A model generated the notes under the pieces. That model was not told the origin of the DNA and did no database searches. It was given only the letters and a program-made list of their open reading frames with translations. A stretch of 64,000 nt of DNA, taken from a virus. Each line of letters begins with the position of its first letter. The first letter of the stretch is position 1. The position numbers were made by a program, and so were the translations under genes. Shown here in pieces: positions 21,246 to 31,294 of this stretch. The DNA lies in IMG/VR virus record IMGVR_UViG_3300042922_000313, positions 3,079-67,078 of that record. One strand, 5' to 3'.

Positions 21246-21542
21246 TTATGGTCTGTTTATTTGATCTTCTAGTACCTTGAATATATAGTTAACTTTACCT
21301 ATTGGATGGTCAATAGTTGGAATCTTTCGTTGTAACAATGGCATATTTTCTTCTAACATTATGTATAAGATACCATAGTCAATAGTAATACCTTTAAGCT
21401 TCTTTCCTAAGTAACCACCAATTGCAACATTATTATCCAGTAGTTGCTCAGTGATTGTTTTAAATACTTTGTTTCTGTTTTCCGCATTTGGATCAATCGG
21501 TTTGTTATTAATTCTCATATTTACATTCTCCTTATTCTTCAT
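21246..21542 (-). CDS. Hypothetical protein
   Basis: ORF overlapping end of wHTH gene; true start may be internal ATG after AAGGAG. Confidence 0.5.
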   Translation of the reverse strand: MKNKENVNMRINNKPIDPNAENRNKVFKTITEQLLDNNVAIGGYLGKKLKGITIDYGILYIMLEENMPLLQRKIPTIDHPIGKVNYIFKVLEDQINRP

Positions 21543-22455
21543 AAAAGTCGTAGTACTTAAATATACTTAAATCCTTTATTCTATCGTTTCTTGAATTGAT
21601 TTCATATTTTTCATTTAGTTCTTTAACTCCTAAATAGATTTCTTTTATTTCATTATCTTCATATGGAACCTTATTTCCATTAAGAGCGCAATTGTAGATT
21701 ACATTGTATTTCTGAGCCAAACTACGAAGATTATTTTTATTGCTGCGGCTAATTTTCTTCTGATACTTACTTTCGTAAATTACTCCGGCTTCAGTTACCT
21801 TTTTCTTATCTTTGAATCTACCATAGGTGGAAGGTATCTCACTTATTCCCCCTTCATTTTTAATAACAGAACATGTTGGTTTATGTAAATACAATAATTC
21901 ATAAGATTCTAACTTATTTAAATACGAGTATATGGTTTTTTCATTTAGTCCAATTTTTTCACTCATTGCTTCAATAGATGTAAAACCTACCCCCATTAAC
22001 TCATCGTCTTTCTTTTTATGTAAAGTGCTTAATATGTATATGTAAAATCGAATGATAGATATAGCACTAGCAAATTGATCTACCTTGGATAGTATCCATC
22101 TTATATCTGCAATATCAACATTGGTGAAAAATCCTTCTTTCTCATAAATATAAGATACGTCTGCTACACATTCACACCTCCTTTTAGTTTTGTCTATCTC
22201 TGGAACAACATTAATAATTTTATTGTCTACTAGGTTGATAATTCCATCATTCAAGCTGTCGTACATAGGTCTTAACACAGGGAAATTTCCATCTAACGTA
22301 TAAGAGAGAAGATTTGCGTTTATGTAATACTGTTTAATATTTTTCTTCATTAGGCATAAAAGTGCGAGATAGGCAACATAGCCATTGTTATTTATACTGG
22401 TGTTAATGGTTATTTTGTCCTTAATATAAAGCGTTTTCATCACCTCCTTAATCAA
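21532..22455 (-). CDS. Winged-helix DNA-binding protein, possible replication initiator/regulator
   Basis: FTSIEAMSEKIGLNEKTIYSYLNKLESYELL wHTH signature; likely start at GTG/ATG after AAGGAGG near 22440. Confidence 0.55.
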   Translation of the reverse strand: MIKEVMKTLYIKDKITINTSINNNGYVAYLALLCLMKKNIKQYYINANLLSYTLDGNFPVLRPMYDSLNDGIINLVDNKIINVVPEIDKTKRRCECVADVSYIYEKEGFFTNVDIADIRWILSKVDQFASAISIIRFYIYILSTLHKKKDDELMGVGFTSIEAMSEKIGLNEKTIYSYLNKLESYELLYLHKPTCSVIKNEGGISEIPSTYGRFKDKKKVTEAGVIYESKYQKKISRSNKNNLRSLAQKYNVIYNCALNGNKVPYEDNEIKEIYLGVKELNEKYEINSRNDRIKDLSIFKYYDFYEE

Positions 22456-22827
22456 ATGTAAATAAATGCAAATTCCAAGATAATTACGAAATTTTTCTCG
22501 CTAGGTTAAGATAGACAGGAAAAACTTCGTAAAAAACTGCCTAGTTTTGGAGTGCCTTATTATATATAAGATAAATACTATTATTAATAATAAGATTATT
22601 AAATATATAAATATATTTAATATCGCTATCTTCTTGTATAGTTTGTGTTTTCATATTTCATTTTCTCCTTTCTGATAATCATTTGTTTAATAGTTTCTGT
22701 TATATATATGCTACGTTAAAACTTTTCTATGTAATTCATTTGCTATAGTAAAATATATCACATTTCCAATTATATCATATCAAATCTCATGAGTCAATAG
22801 TTTTATATCTATTATGTTAAAAATAAT

Positions 22828-22856
22828 TTTAGGTGTAAGTTTCCCTACACCTAAAT
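22828..22856 (-). terminator. Terminator after Replic_Relax gene
   Basis: TTTAGGTGTA..TACACCTAAA inverted repeat. Confidence 0.55.
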
Positions 22857-22861
22857 GAGTA

Positions 22862-23419
22862 TTACAATTTGAAATCACTGAAGTCTGTCTTGATAAACTC
22901 ATATTTTACTTTGCTTCCATCAGGTATCTTTGCCTTATTGCTGACTACGAATACAGTTGGCATTACTGGTAGGTTAAACGACTTGTAATTATCGTTACTG
23001 TTGAATCGTTCATACTTTGCATAATTGAATCCTTTATTGCTGATTTCCACCTCTAAGAATCCCATATACCTACTTCCTCTATATTCATATCCGAATATAG
23101 CATCAGGTCTAATATCTCCATATTGAGGTTCTATCTTAAATGTAATCACCTCATTAGCTTGCTTGTGTAACTCACGATAGAAGTCTGTTACAAGTAAACT
23201 ATGTTTCAATTGTTGTGGTGGATCTTTCTTAGCATGATAGATATACTCCTGTGATACAAAATCTCTTGTGCGTCTAATATACTTATTCTGGTGTATTACT
23301 TCTAGCCGTTTATAACATGCTGCTTTACTTGGAAAGAATATCTCAGCAATAGTAGAAGTAGTAGCTACCTTATAATCTTGGATAAACTCTATTATTTGAT
23401 GATCTCTTGTGGTGAGCAT
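22862..23419 (-). CDS. Replication-relaxation (Replic_Relax) family protein
   Basis: LTTRD..II wHTH N-terminus, HSLLVTDF, RPDA..FLEVE PD-(D/E)xK-like motif; adjacent to FtsK as typical for this family. Confidence 0.75.
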   Translation of the reverse strand: MLTTRDHQIIEFIQDYKVATTSTIAEIFFPSKAACYKRLEVIHQNKYIRRTRDFVSQEYIYHAKKDPPQQLKHSLLVTDFYRELHKQANEVITFKIEPQYGDIRPDAIFGYEYRGSRYMGFLEVEISNKGFNYAKYERFNSNDNYKSFNLPVMPTVFVVSNKAKIPDGSKVKYEFIKTDFSDFKL

Positions 23420-23430
23420 AATTTCACCTC

Positions 23431-23471
23431 TCTAATACGGTTTCTAATAGCATTCTATTATGGTTCTAGTA
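23431..23471 (+). repeat. Four TCTAATA-like direct repeats, 11-12 bp period
   Basis: tctaata 23431, tctaata 23443, tctatta 23454, tctagta 23465. Confidence 0.55.
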
Positions 23472-23485
23472 TAAATGTGAGTGTT

Positions 23486-24730
23486 TTACCATCCAACAGC
23501 ATTAAAGATGTCTTCATCTGTCAATTGACCATTCTTGGTTTGTTTTGGTTTCTGTTTATTTACATAAGTGTGCTTAATCAATTCTTTACAAGGATCAGTG
23601 TCTAGGAATGGGCATTGTACTTCTATTAACTTACCACCACGTTTAAACTTGGCATGACCATTACCACGTAATTTCTCCAATCCAACTTCATCAATGATTA
23701 TGCTGCTATTAGTACTATTAATAGTTTTTAAGCCTAAAATTGATGTTATATTAGCTTTTATATCACCATCAAGTATCTTAGACGACGGACGTTGGGTGCT
23801 AAGCAAAATGTGAATGCCACAGGCTCTGGACTTCCTCGCCAATAATTTCAATAGATTCATGTCATCAGATTTTGCGTCTAAATCAGCAAATTCGTCTACA
23901 ATTAATATTTGATAATCCATCTTCTTTAGTTTAAACTTTTTATTGTATTCTTTGATGTCTTTAACATCTTTCTCGTAGAACAAATCATATCGTCTGTCCA
24001 CCTCTATACTCAGAGACATTAATAAATCATGTGTCTCTTTTGTATTTCTACAAAAGCTTGCTACCTTACTAGAATTACGAAACAAGTTAAATTCAGCTCC
24101 ATTCTTCAAGTCTACTAGGTGTAATGTTACATCTGACATAAGTATTAAATTAGTAATTATCGTTCTGATAATGGTACTTTTCCCACTACCAGATTCTCCA
24201 TAAATACCCATATGTGGTTCTCCAGATGATAAATCACATGAGATTAGTTCTTCTCTAATGTCATAACCAATAATAATAGGAACTTCACCTTTAACCTTTG
24301 TTGGCACATATTCATAGAAGGTCTTCTTATTACTATTATATACTTCAATCATTATCTCCTTATAGGTGTACTTCATATCAACTTCAGCACCAATATAGTT
24401 CTCTATAGCTTCTTTCTTGTCATCAAAGTCCTTAATGCTTAATCCTGCTGGTAATGTAAATCTGTAAATGGTGCTAATATCTGTTTTTGTCTTACCTTTT
24501 AGAATCGGATATGCTAATCCTTTACCTAATCCTAAGTTATGAAACAACCTATCAAATTTGCTATAAGTCCATGCATAGTAGGTTATTCCTGCTACTCCAA
24601 GCACTTTGAATAACTTACACATAGGAGATAGTGATGGATCAATCAATTCAAATCCAAAGCCACACATGATTGAATATGCACTGTTTTGGACGATTAACAT
24701 ACGTAAGTCTTTCACATCATTGTTTTTCAA
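23486..24730 (-). CDS. FtsK/SpoIIIE-family ATPase with N-terminal membrane segment
   Basis: PHMGIYGESGSGKS Walker A, LVDLKNG, ILIVDEFAD Walker B, RKSRACGIHILLSTQRP. Confidence 0.9.
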   Translation of the reverse strand: MKNNDVKDLRMLIVQNSAYSIMCGFGFELIDPSLSPMCKLFKVLGVAGITYYAWTYSKFDRLFHNLGLGKGLAYPILKGKTKTDISTIYRFTLPAGLSIKDFDDKKEAIENYIGAEVDMKYTYKEIMIEVYNSNKKTFYEYVPTKVKGEVPIIIGYDIREELISCDLSSGEPHMGIYGESGSGKSTIIRTIITNLILMSDVTLHLVDLKNGAEFNLFRNSSKVASFCRNTKETHDLLMSLSIEVDRRYDLFYEKDVKDIKEYNKKFKLKKMDYQILIVDEFADLDAKSDDMNLLKLLARKSRACGIHILLSTQRPSSKILDGDIKANITSILGLKTINSTNSSIIIDEVGLEKLRGNGHAKFKRGGKLIEVQCPFLDTDPCKELIKHTYVNKQKPKQTKNGQLTDEDIFNAVGW

Positions 24731-24741
24731 TATATCACTCC

Positions 24742-25014
24742 TTACATATTATCAAATGAGTCTAATAGGTTGGCTAATCCTTCTTGACGAAACGGTAAAT
24801 CATTATCCGAATGTGTATATAATGGTTGCTGTACTACTTGTGCCTGATATACATTTGGGTTTTCTTCTCGTTCTAATTTCTCATATGCAGCTTCTTTCAT
24901 AAATCCAGCTATATTAATATACATACATCTTCTTTTGATTCTGTAGTATAATTCTAATTCCTTCTGACCAAATGATACTTCTATTGATGGTGGTCTATCT
25001 TTCTTATCAGGCAT
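24742..25014 (-). CDS. ParR-like (ribbon-helix-helix) partition adaptor
   Basis: 90 aa directly downstream of ParM; strand-helix-helix N-terminus and disordered tail. Confidence 0.55.
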   Translation of the reverse strand: MPDKKDRPPSIEVSFGQKELELYYRIKRRCMYINIAGFMKEAAYEKLEREENPNVYQAQVVQQPLYTHSDNDLPFRQEGLANLLDSFDNM

Positions 25015-25016
25015 AA

Positions 25017-25940
25017 CTACCTCCTGTTGTCACATGCTCTTAATTGTGGTTCTATTTGTGATCCAAATCTTTGATAACCAACTTTATAATAACCGATTGC
25101 ATTTGCAAATTGACTATTCACCATGAGTCTAGCTGAAGGGAAGTATAGTTTAAACAAGTCATAGAATACGATAGCTGAACCACCACATAAGTATATTTGT
25201 GTATTAGCTGAAGGATAATTTAATTGGAATTCCTTTAATATTGGCTCTAGGTATTGTTTGTAAGTAGATAGTAAGAAATCAGTAGATACTTTTTCTCCGT
25301 GAAGATATAAGCCATTAGATAGAATTGTTTCTGCATATTGAATATCTAGAGTGAGATTGTACTTTTCATTTACCATATTGATTATCTTAGAATATAACTT
25401 TTGTACTCCTTGTGTCCATGTATCATACTTCTGTAATACTGGATTTCCATAGATGATTTCTAAGTAGGCTATGTCGATTGTCATTCCACCAAAATCAAAT
25501 ATGATTACATGACTATTTAACTCTTGCTGGCTTAATGCCGCACCAATACATTGAGGCATTACGAATACATCTTGGATACTGAAGTTGAATGGTTTGCCTC
25601 TGTATATAACTTCTGATCCATTGTATCCTAATATCATTTTCTTAAATTTATCTTTCTGTGATTTGTATTGTGCAATTGGTAATCCAACAACTAGATAGTA
25701 ATCATCACTACCTGTCATTGCCAGATTGGTTAGTGTTGTAACTTTGTTTATCTCGCTGTCGCTCTTATCAAACTGTACATTTCTTTCTCCGGCTCCAACT
25801 GAGTAGTCTACACCATCAATAGTAATTAATGCTGAAGCTCCTAATGATACTGTTTCTCTAGTGTAAGCTGAACGGAATATTCTCATCTCATTGTCTTTTG
25901 TGTATAAGTACCCGTGATCTAATCCTTTAATTCTGCCCAT
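25017..25940 (-). CDS. parM: ParM/StbA-family actin-like ATPase
   Basis: GLDHGYLYTK phosphate-1, VVGLP, PQCIGA, DFGGMTID phosphate-2, LCGGSA, ANAIG. Confidence 0.85.
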   Translation of the reverse strand: MGRIKGLDHGYLYTKDNEMRIFRSAYTRETVSLGASALITIDGVDYSVGAGERNVQFDKSDSEINKVTTLTNLAMTGSDDYYLVVGLPIAQYKSQKDKFKKMILGYNGSEVIYRGKPFNFSIQDVFVMPQCIGAALSQQELNSHVIIFDFGGMTIDIAYLEIIYGNPVLQKYDTWTQGVQKLYSKIINMVNEKYNLTLDIQYAETILSNGLYLHGEKVSTDFLLSTYKQYLEPILKEFQLNYPSANTQIYLCGGSAIVFYDLFKLYFPSARLMVNSQFANAIGYYKVGYQRFGSQIEPQLRACDNRR

Positions 25941-25956
25941 GTAAATAATGCCCCCT

Positions 25957-26067
25957 TACCTGATATTTCACGAAAGTTACTGATGAAATACTGTGGTAGT
26001 TATGATTTATAGTCTAATCTATGATAGGTTTTCCTGTAAGTTACCTGTTTTTCACGAAAAGTACTGA
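25957..26067 (+). repeat. Two copies of TTACCTG..TTTCACGAAA.TACTGA in parM promoter region
   Basis: Copies at about 25957-25983 and 26041-26067. Confidence 0.55.
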
Positions 26068-26111
26068 AACTGTCAAAATGCTTGTATCATATTGTGAATA
26101 ATTAATATTTC

Positions 26112-26702
26112 TTGAGACATACTAGCAATGAGGTGATATGTGTGGGATTTGAGCTAGGAATAGGATTATTACTGATTGTTATAATTGTATTCATTGATGA
26201 TATGCATAAGAAGAAGGATTATAGGAGAAGAAAGTCTACTGGAGATAAAGGTGAGAGTGTAGTAGCTAAGAGATTAAATGAATTAGATGGTGATTTTGTT
26301 GTTGAACACAATGTTTACTTTGGCAGAACACAGATAGACCATCTGGTAATTGATCATGAAGAGATGATATGTTATGTGATTGAAACAAAATATTGGGCTG
26401 GTAAGATAAGTGGGAGATGGGATGATGAATATTGGACTCAGGATAAAGGTGGTAAGGTTAGATACTATAAGAATCCGATAAAGCAGAATAGATATCATTG
26501 TACTGTGGTTAAAAGATATTATAGCGGATATAAAACTGTAAATATAGTTGTGTTTGTGGGTAATAGTAATGTGCCAAAGAGTAAATGTATTGTCCAAGTG
26601 GATAAGCTGGTTGATTATATTTATAGGACTTCCAATAAGGTATCTAATAATATATCTAATAGGGTTATAATTGATAGTAATTCAGATTGGTTGTCTATGT
26701 AG
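26112..26702 (+). CDS. NERD-domain nuclease with N-terminal TM helix
   Basis: GDKGE..V, TQIDHLVI, VIETK, KNPIKQN motifs; start probably about 26143 after GAGGTG. Confidence 0.8.
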   Translation: MRHTSNEVICVGFELGIGLLLIVIIVFIDDMHKKKDYRRRKSTGDKGESVVAKRLNELDGDFVVEHNVYFGRTQIDHLVIDHEEMICYVIETKYWAGKISGRWDDEYWTQDKGGKVRYYKNPIKQNRYHCTVVKRYYSGYKTVNIVVFVGNSNVPKSKCIVQVDKLVDYIYRTSNKVSNNISNRVIIDSNSDWLSM

Positions 26703-26939
26703 GTTGAAACCTAGTATATTCATATATTGATATATAATATTTAATCCTTTACGTACTAATTATACTCTTCATCTCCCTTTCTCTCCTTTTTCCCTTTTGT
26801 TTTTTATTTTTACTGAAATAGAATGAAGATTGAAGCGAAAAACAAAGAAGAATCAATAAGATGGATATTGAGTTATATTATGGAAAATTTATGTGAAATA
26901 ATAATTGATATTTAGATGTATAAAATTTAAGATATAGTT

Positions 26940-27680
26940 GTAAGCTTGTATAATGCGATTTAAGACAGTAATTTTAAAAGTGATATTAGATTACCTTAAA
27001 AGAGATTTAGCTTCTGTATGGTCGTTTTAGAGCGTGGAGATAAGTAGCATAAGTGGAATAATTTTCAAATTTTTAATGGTGTCTACTAGAAATAGGGGAT
27101 GCCATTTTTATTTATTAAAAAAGTATTCTCTGGAGAATGTTTTAAGGCATTAAATTTTTATAGGTATATTAGTTATCCTAAAATGTATTTGAGTGGCTCT
27201 GAGAGGCTAATAGACGTATTAAAATGAATAATAGTTGAGTGAGATAGGTGTGGATTTGATAATTGAATAGAAAATGATTTATTTGGCTTGTAAAATAAAC
27301 AATCCAAATGTAATAAATAGTGATTTGGTTAGTGAGAGCTGATGTGATTAAGTTATGATAGTATATATAAAACTATAATGCATAGAATCGATTTTAAGAC
27401 GTTATTTTTCTTTAGGTATGTTATTTATCGTCTGAATAGTTTTAGAGGCTCCTAGAGCATTATAGACGGCTTAGAATTGATTGTAGATGTGGTGGGAAGT
27501 GAGAGTTTGGATGAGATTATAAATTTGAGTAGTTTTATTGATAGATTTGATTGAGTTAGAATATTAACATAATATATATTAAATTATTATTCATAGAAGA
27601 CGTTTTAAGACGATTTTATTTGTTAGGTGAATATTTTATCAAGTGAGTTGATTTAGTGTCTTAAATTTGATTCTGGAAAG
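26940..27680 (+). repeat. Four degenerate ~90-100 bp repeats with inverted ends (TTTAAGAC core)
   Basis: Cores near 26956, 27138, 27389 and 27601, each followed by AGGT/AGTG-atatt-like and mirror-image right arms. Confidence 0.55.
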
Positions 27681-29095
27681 CGTAGATGGTATTGTAGTAG
27701 ATGGGATGTGGTTGAGATTTAAATAAATTGATCAGGTGATACCAGATTGATGATTGATTATACATATACTTCGGTGAGTGGGTAAATATGAGGTTTGAAT
27801 GGTGAGTGAAAAGTGGGAGAAAAGGTAGGAAATATAATGGTTTGATGAGTGTGAGAATGGTTGGATTTGATTGGGATTAGTGGGAGAGAATATTGGATTT
27901 ATGTTAAAAATATACCCTCATTCGACGAAGCCTTTATTTATGCTAGGTGTAGCGATTTTTGAGTCAAAAAGTGCATTTTTATACATTTTCAAAATGGCTG
28001 AAAGTGGCTTAAATAGGGCATTCTCTCGAACTCACTGTCGAACTAAATTGGTGTAAAAATAGGTAATCGATTCGAAAAATGTGAGTTACGTGTGAGTGGA
28101 ACAGATAGGCACTATTCAATGCATAGTAAACCGATATGAAATGTAAACTATGCCCCCTATGCCTGAGATAGGCTTATTTCAAGGCTTTTCAATAGTCACT
28201 TTCGTATTCTGTACTTTTCCTAAAGTGAGAATGACAGCAGAAGAGTAATGAAATGTCAAGTTAGCTCTACATATTATATAATTGTATCTGACCATACCAG
28301 AAATAACGATAATTAGCATATCTATATTGTCAGTTCGCAAATGCAATATATATCTTACATTAACTAAATTCAACAACTAAATTAGTATGTGATTTAGTAA
28401 CTATTTAGTATATAAATTTAGTGAATCAATATTCATAATCATGCATAAATAACCATCATTCTACTCAACTAAGTCCTAGTCAATCCATACCATCACATAC
28501 ATTATATACTACAATAGTATACTATATTAATTACACACTATCTATAATATTCCAATAATTATATCATAATCAAACTGGAATATATCTAACCATACTCACC
28601 AACTAGGATATCTTCACATACCAATTCACTATACTATCATAACCTATCACCATACTATGTATTAAATTATACTAATTCACTATGTTATATATCATACAAT
28701 CCAACTATGCATTAATCTGATCCAATCACCATGAGCAATAGTATTAGACTATCAATCCATCAATCACAATATTATCACACTCACTCAATCAATAGCCAAT
28801 CACAATCCGGTTATCCATTCTTAACCTCGTATATGCCTCATATATCTATTTATTTAATCATCCATACTCTAATACCTAAATCAAAGTTATCTAACTTATC
28901 AGATATACTCGAATATAATCTATATTATCAGACAATAATACTACAATATATAGTAGTAAATATATCATTATATCTTAATAATATACTATATATTGTGTAG
29001 TAAAGCTGCATAATCAAGTCAACTATATCACATATAAAACTATCACATATAACCAATAAATCTCACCTAATCAATATCTTTTGTAATATCTAACA

Positions 29096-29139
29096 TAATA
29101 TATATAAAACATTGTGCAAAATGTCAATGGTATTATAAT
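29096..29139 (+). promoter_or_regulatory. Early promoter with TAATATATATAAAAC box
   Basis: 15-bp box 29096-29110, TTGTGC, GTATTATAATGATAG -10 region. Confidence 0.6.
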
Positions 29140-29192
29140 GATAGTGTGATATAATATAAATAAAAAACGATATTTTTAAAGGAGGTTACAAA

Positions 29193-29450
29193 ATGACATT
29201 AGGTGAAAAACATATAAAAGAAAATTATATAAAAGAAGTAAGCTATGAAAAAGCCATTGAAATATCAATTATAGAAGCTAAAAGACTTGGTATTAAAAGT
29301 AGAGAAGATATATACGACAATGATTCTATTTTTGACAGTCCTATTTATCCATGCAATGCTGAATTATACGATGAATTTTGTGACGAATACGGTTTTGATA
29401 CAACAGAATATTTTCTTTTTATAGCAAAAAGAATGGAATATGAAAAATAA
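29193..29450 (+). CDS. Small acidic early protein
   Basis: AAGGAGG SD; first gene after the non-coding region. Confidence 0.65.
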   Translation: MTLGEKHIKENYIKEVSYEKAIEISIIEAKRLGIKSREDIYDNDSIFDSPIYPCNAELYDEFCDEYGFDTTEYFLFIAKRMEYEK

Positions 29451-29460
29451 TATAAAACAA

Positions 29461-29760
29461 TTAAGGGCTACACGTCAAGCGTGCATGGTATGAGTGCAAA
29501 GTCTCACAAGTCCATTAGTAACAACAACTTAATACTTCCAATCCCATTTATAGTGGTGGCTAGATTCTACCGAGTGCAATCGACTACTAGTGGATACGAG
29601 TAATTAAACTCTCGTTTATCAAAGTTGATCATGCGTTATGCTGCATTGCCTATATGGTGAGACTCCAATTTAGGTTATATCTGATTCAAGATATATAAAA
29701 CAGAATAGCATAAACCACTTTAACAAATTGACTTGTCTTTGTTATCAATGGTTAGTAAAA
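29461..29760 (+). ncRNA. Candidate highly structured ncRNA
   Basis: Locally GC-richer non-coding tract with many hairpins and long-range complementarities (GTCTCAC/GTGAGAC, TTATGCT/AGCATAA). Confidence 0.45.
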
Positions 29761-30166
29761 AATTAAATAATTAGAATGTATTTCTTAAAGCTGTAATTGC
29801 TAACATAGGATTACAGCTTTACATATTTACATTGTAACTATTAACAATTAAAATATCAAGGAGGTAACAAATAATGAAATATAATAGACACTACTTTTTG
29901 AAAACAAAGTGTATCACGGTATATAGGTATAGTCCAAAACTAGCAAAATAGGAGGTATCCACCATGAAATCATGGGATTATTCAAACGCAACTAAAACAA
30001 AAGTAGCAATCAAAGAAAACAACGAGATCATACAAGAGCATTCAAACGTAAGAAAGATATAAGAATCACAAGAGGTAATTATTTTACATCAAGGAGATAA
30101 ACAAACAGTAATAAAGAAGTAACTTATAAATCTAACATTTGGTTATATAATTTGGGGGTGTAGAAC

Positions 30167-30382
30167 ATGAAAAAAGTAACAAAAAAAGAATTAGTAAATG
30201 ACATCTTGACTGTATTAAAATGGAATGATGAAAATAATAATGAATATGGAAAGAAAATAAATATAGCTTTAGGTAATGTTACTTGGTATATGTCTTATAC
30301 ATTAATGGAAAGAGTTTTAATGCGACAAACAATAGAGGACTTAAAAATTATAAGGAATCAAATAGTAGAAGCAATATATTAA
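30167..30382 (+). CDS. Hypothetical protein
   Basis: 71 aa, GGGGGTG SD, flanked by junction sites 30126 and 30386. Confidence 0.6.
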   Translation: MKKVTKKELVNDILTVLKWNDENNNEYGKKINIALGNVTWYMSYTLMERVLMRQTIEDLKIIRNQIVEAIY

Positions 30383-30482
30383 ACAATAAAATTAAGATTT
30401 GATAGGCAGTTTTAACAGGGATATGAAGTCCGAATCTTCACTGTCTACTACGGTAATAAAACCAATATGAGGAGGTCAAGCA

Positions 30483-31226
30483 ATGGCAAGTATAGATTTT
30501 ATAACTAAACGCATCCAAGGCAAGCAAAAAGAAATTGACAAACTAAACAAGAAGCTTGAGAGAATCCAAAAAGCAAAACAATCCAATTGGACAGTTAACC
30601 CTTATTACTATGATGAATATGAATTAAGTAAAACAGAAAGAGAGTTGACTTATGCTATAAAGCAGCTTAATGAATTACAATCTGATTTGCAAAAGGCAAA
30701 CGAAAAGGCAAATAGCCGTAATGTATTAGCAATAACTCAATTTTTAGATGCATGGTTGCAAAGGAATATTGAATTTTATACGGAAGAAAAGAAAAGATAT
30801 AATATAGCATTACAAGATTATTATCAGAACGATAGAGATTACTGCAATTGGTATAATTCACAACGACATAATACTACAATAGAAGAAAGAAAAGCAGTAG
30901 AAAAAACTCATAAAGAATATAGAGTCAGTTTTACTAAATCATGGAGACATGTTACACAATTTGACCACGGCTCAAAAGAATGGCACGAAACAATGCAGAA
31001 CGATTTAAAAGAAGAATATAACCGCAAATATGATTATATCATAGAAAAAACCAATGAAATAGTCGGAACTATTACCGATGCAAGTTATTTGTCAGTAGAT
31101 GCAAACGGAAACTTGAACGGCTATATTATAGGAGATAGAGGAAAAGCAAACGTTAATACAATTGGTGCAGGCGGTTATAACATACAATGTTATCATTTCA
31201 GAACTTTAATTCATGAAATGAAATAA
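30483..31226 (+). CDS. Conserved phage coiled-coil protein
   Basis: GAGGAGG SD; C-terminal TIGAGGYNIQCYHFR motif that I recall from other phage early proteins. Confidence 0.7.
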   Translation: MASIDFITKRIQGKQKEIDKLNKKLERIQKAKQSNWTVNPYYYDEYELSKTERELTYAIKQLNELQSDLQKANEKANSRNVLAITQFLDAWLQRNIEFYTEEKKRYNIALQDYYQNDRDYCNWYNSQRHNTTIEERKAVEKTHKEYRVSFTKSWRHVTQFDHGSKEWHETMQNDLKEEYNRKYDYIIEKTNEIVGTITDASYLSVDANGNLNGYIIGDRGKANVNTIGAGGYNIQCYHFRTLIHEMK

Positions 31227-31228
31227 TA

Positions 31229-31294
31229 GCAGAGGATAGCGGATCAACTTCCGCTATAATGCGACTAGTCAAAGCGTTCCAAGTCCGCATAGAC
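31229..31294 (+). ncRNA. Circularly permuted twister ribozyme
   Basis: GCA-GAG-GA / P1 UAGCGGA:UCCGCUA / UAA-UGC-G-ACU / GCG-U-UC-C-A-AGU-CCGC; both pseudoknots (UC:GA, ACU:AGU) are complementary. Confidence 0.65.

Noticed and set aside
26940-27680. Possible CRISPR array
   Set aside because: Units are long, degenerate and irregularly spaced; no identical 25-45 bp repeats and no cas genes
27871-29000. ORFs 27871-28056, 28179-28376 and 28731-29000
   Set aside because: No convincing SD; amino-acid composition simply mirrors the local nucleotide skew
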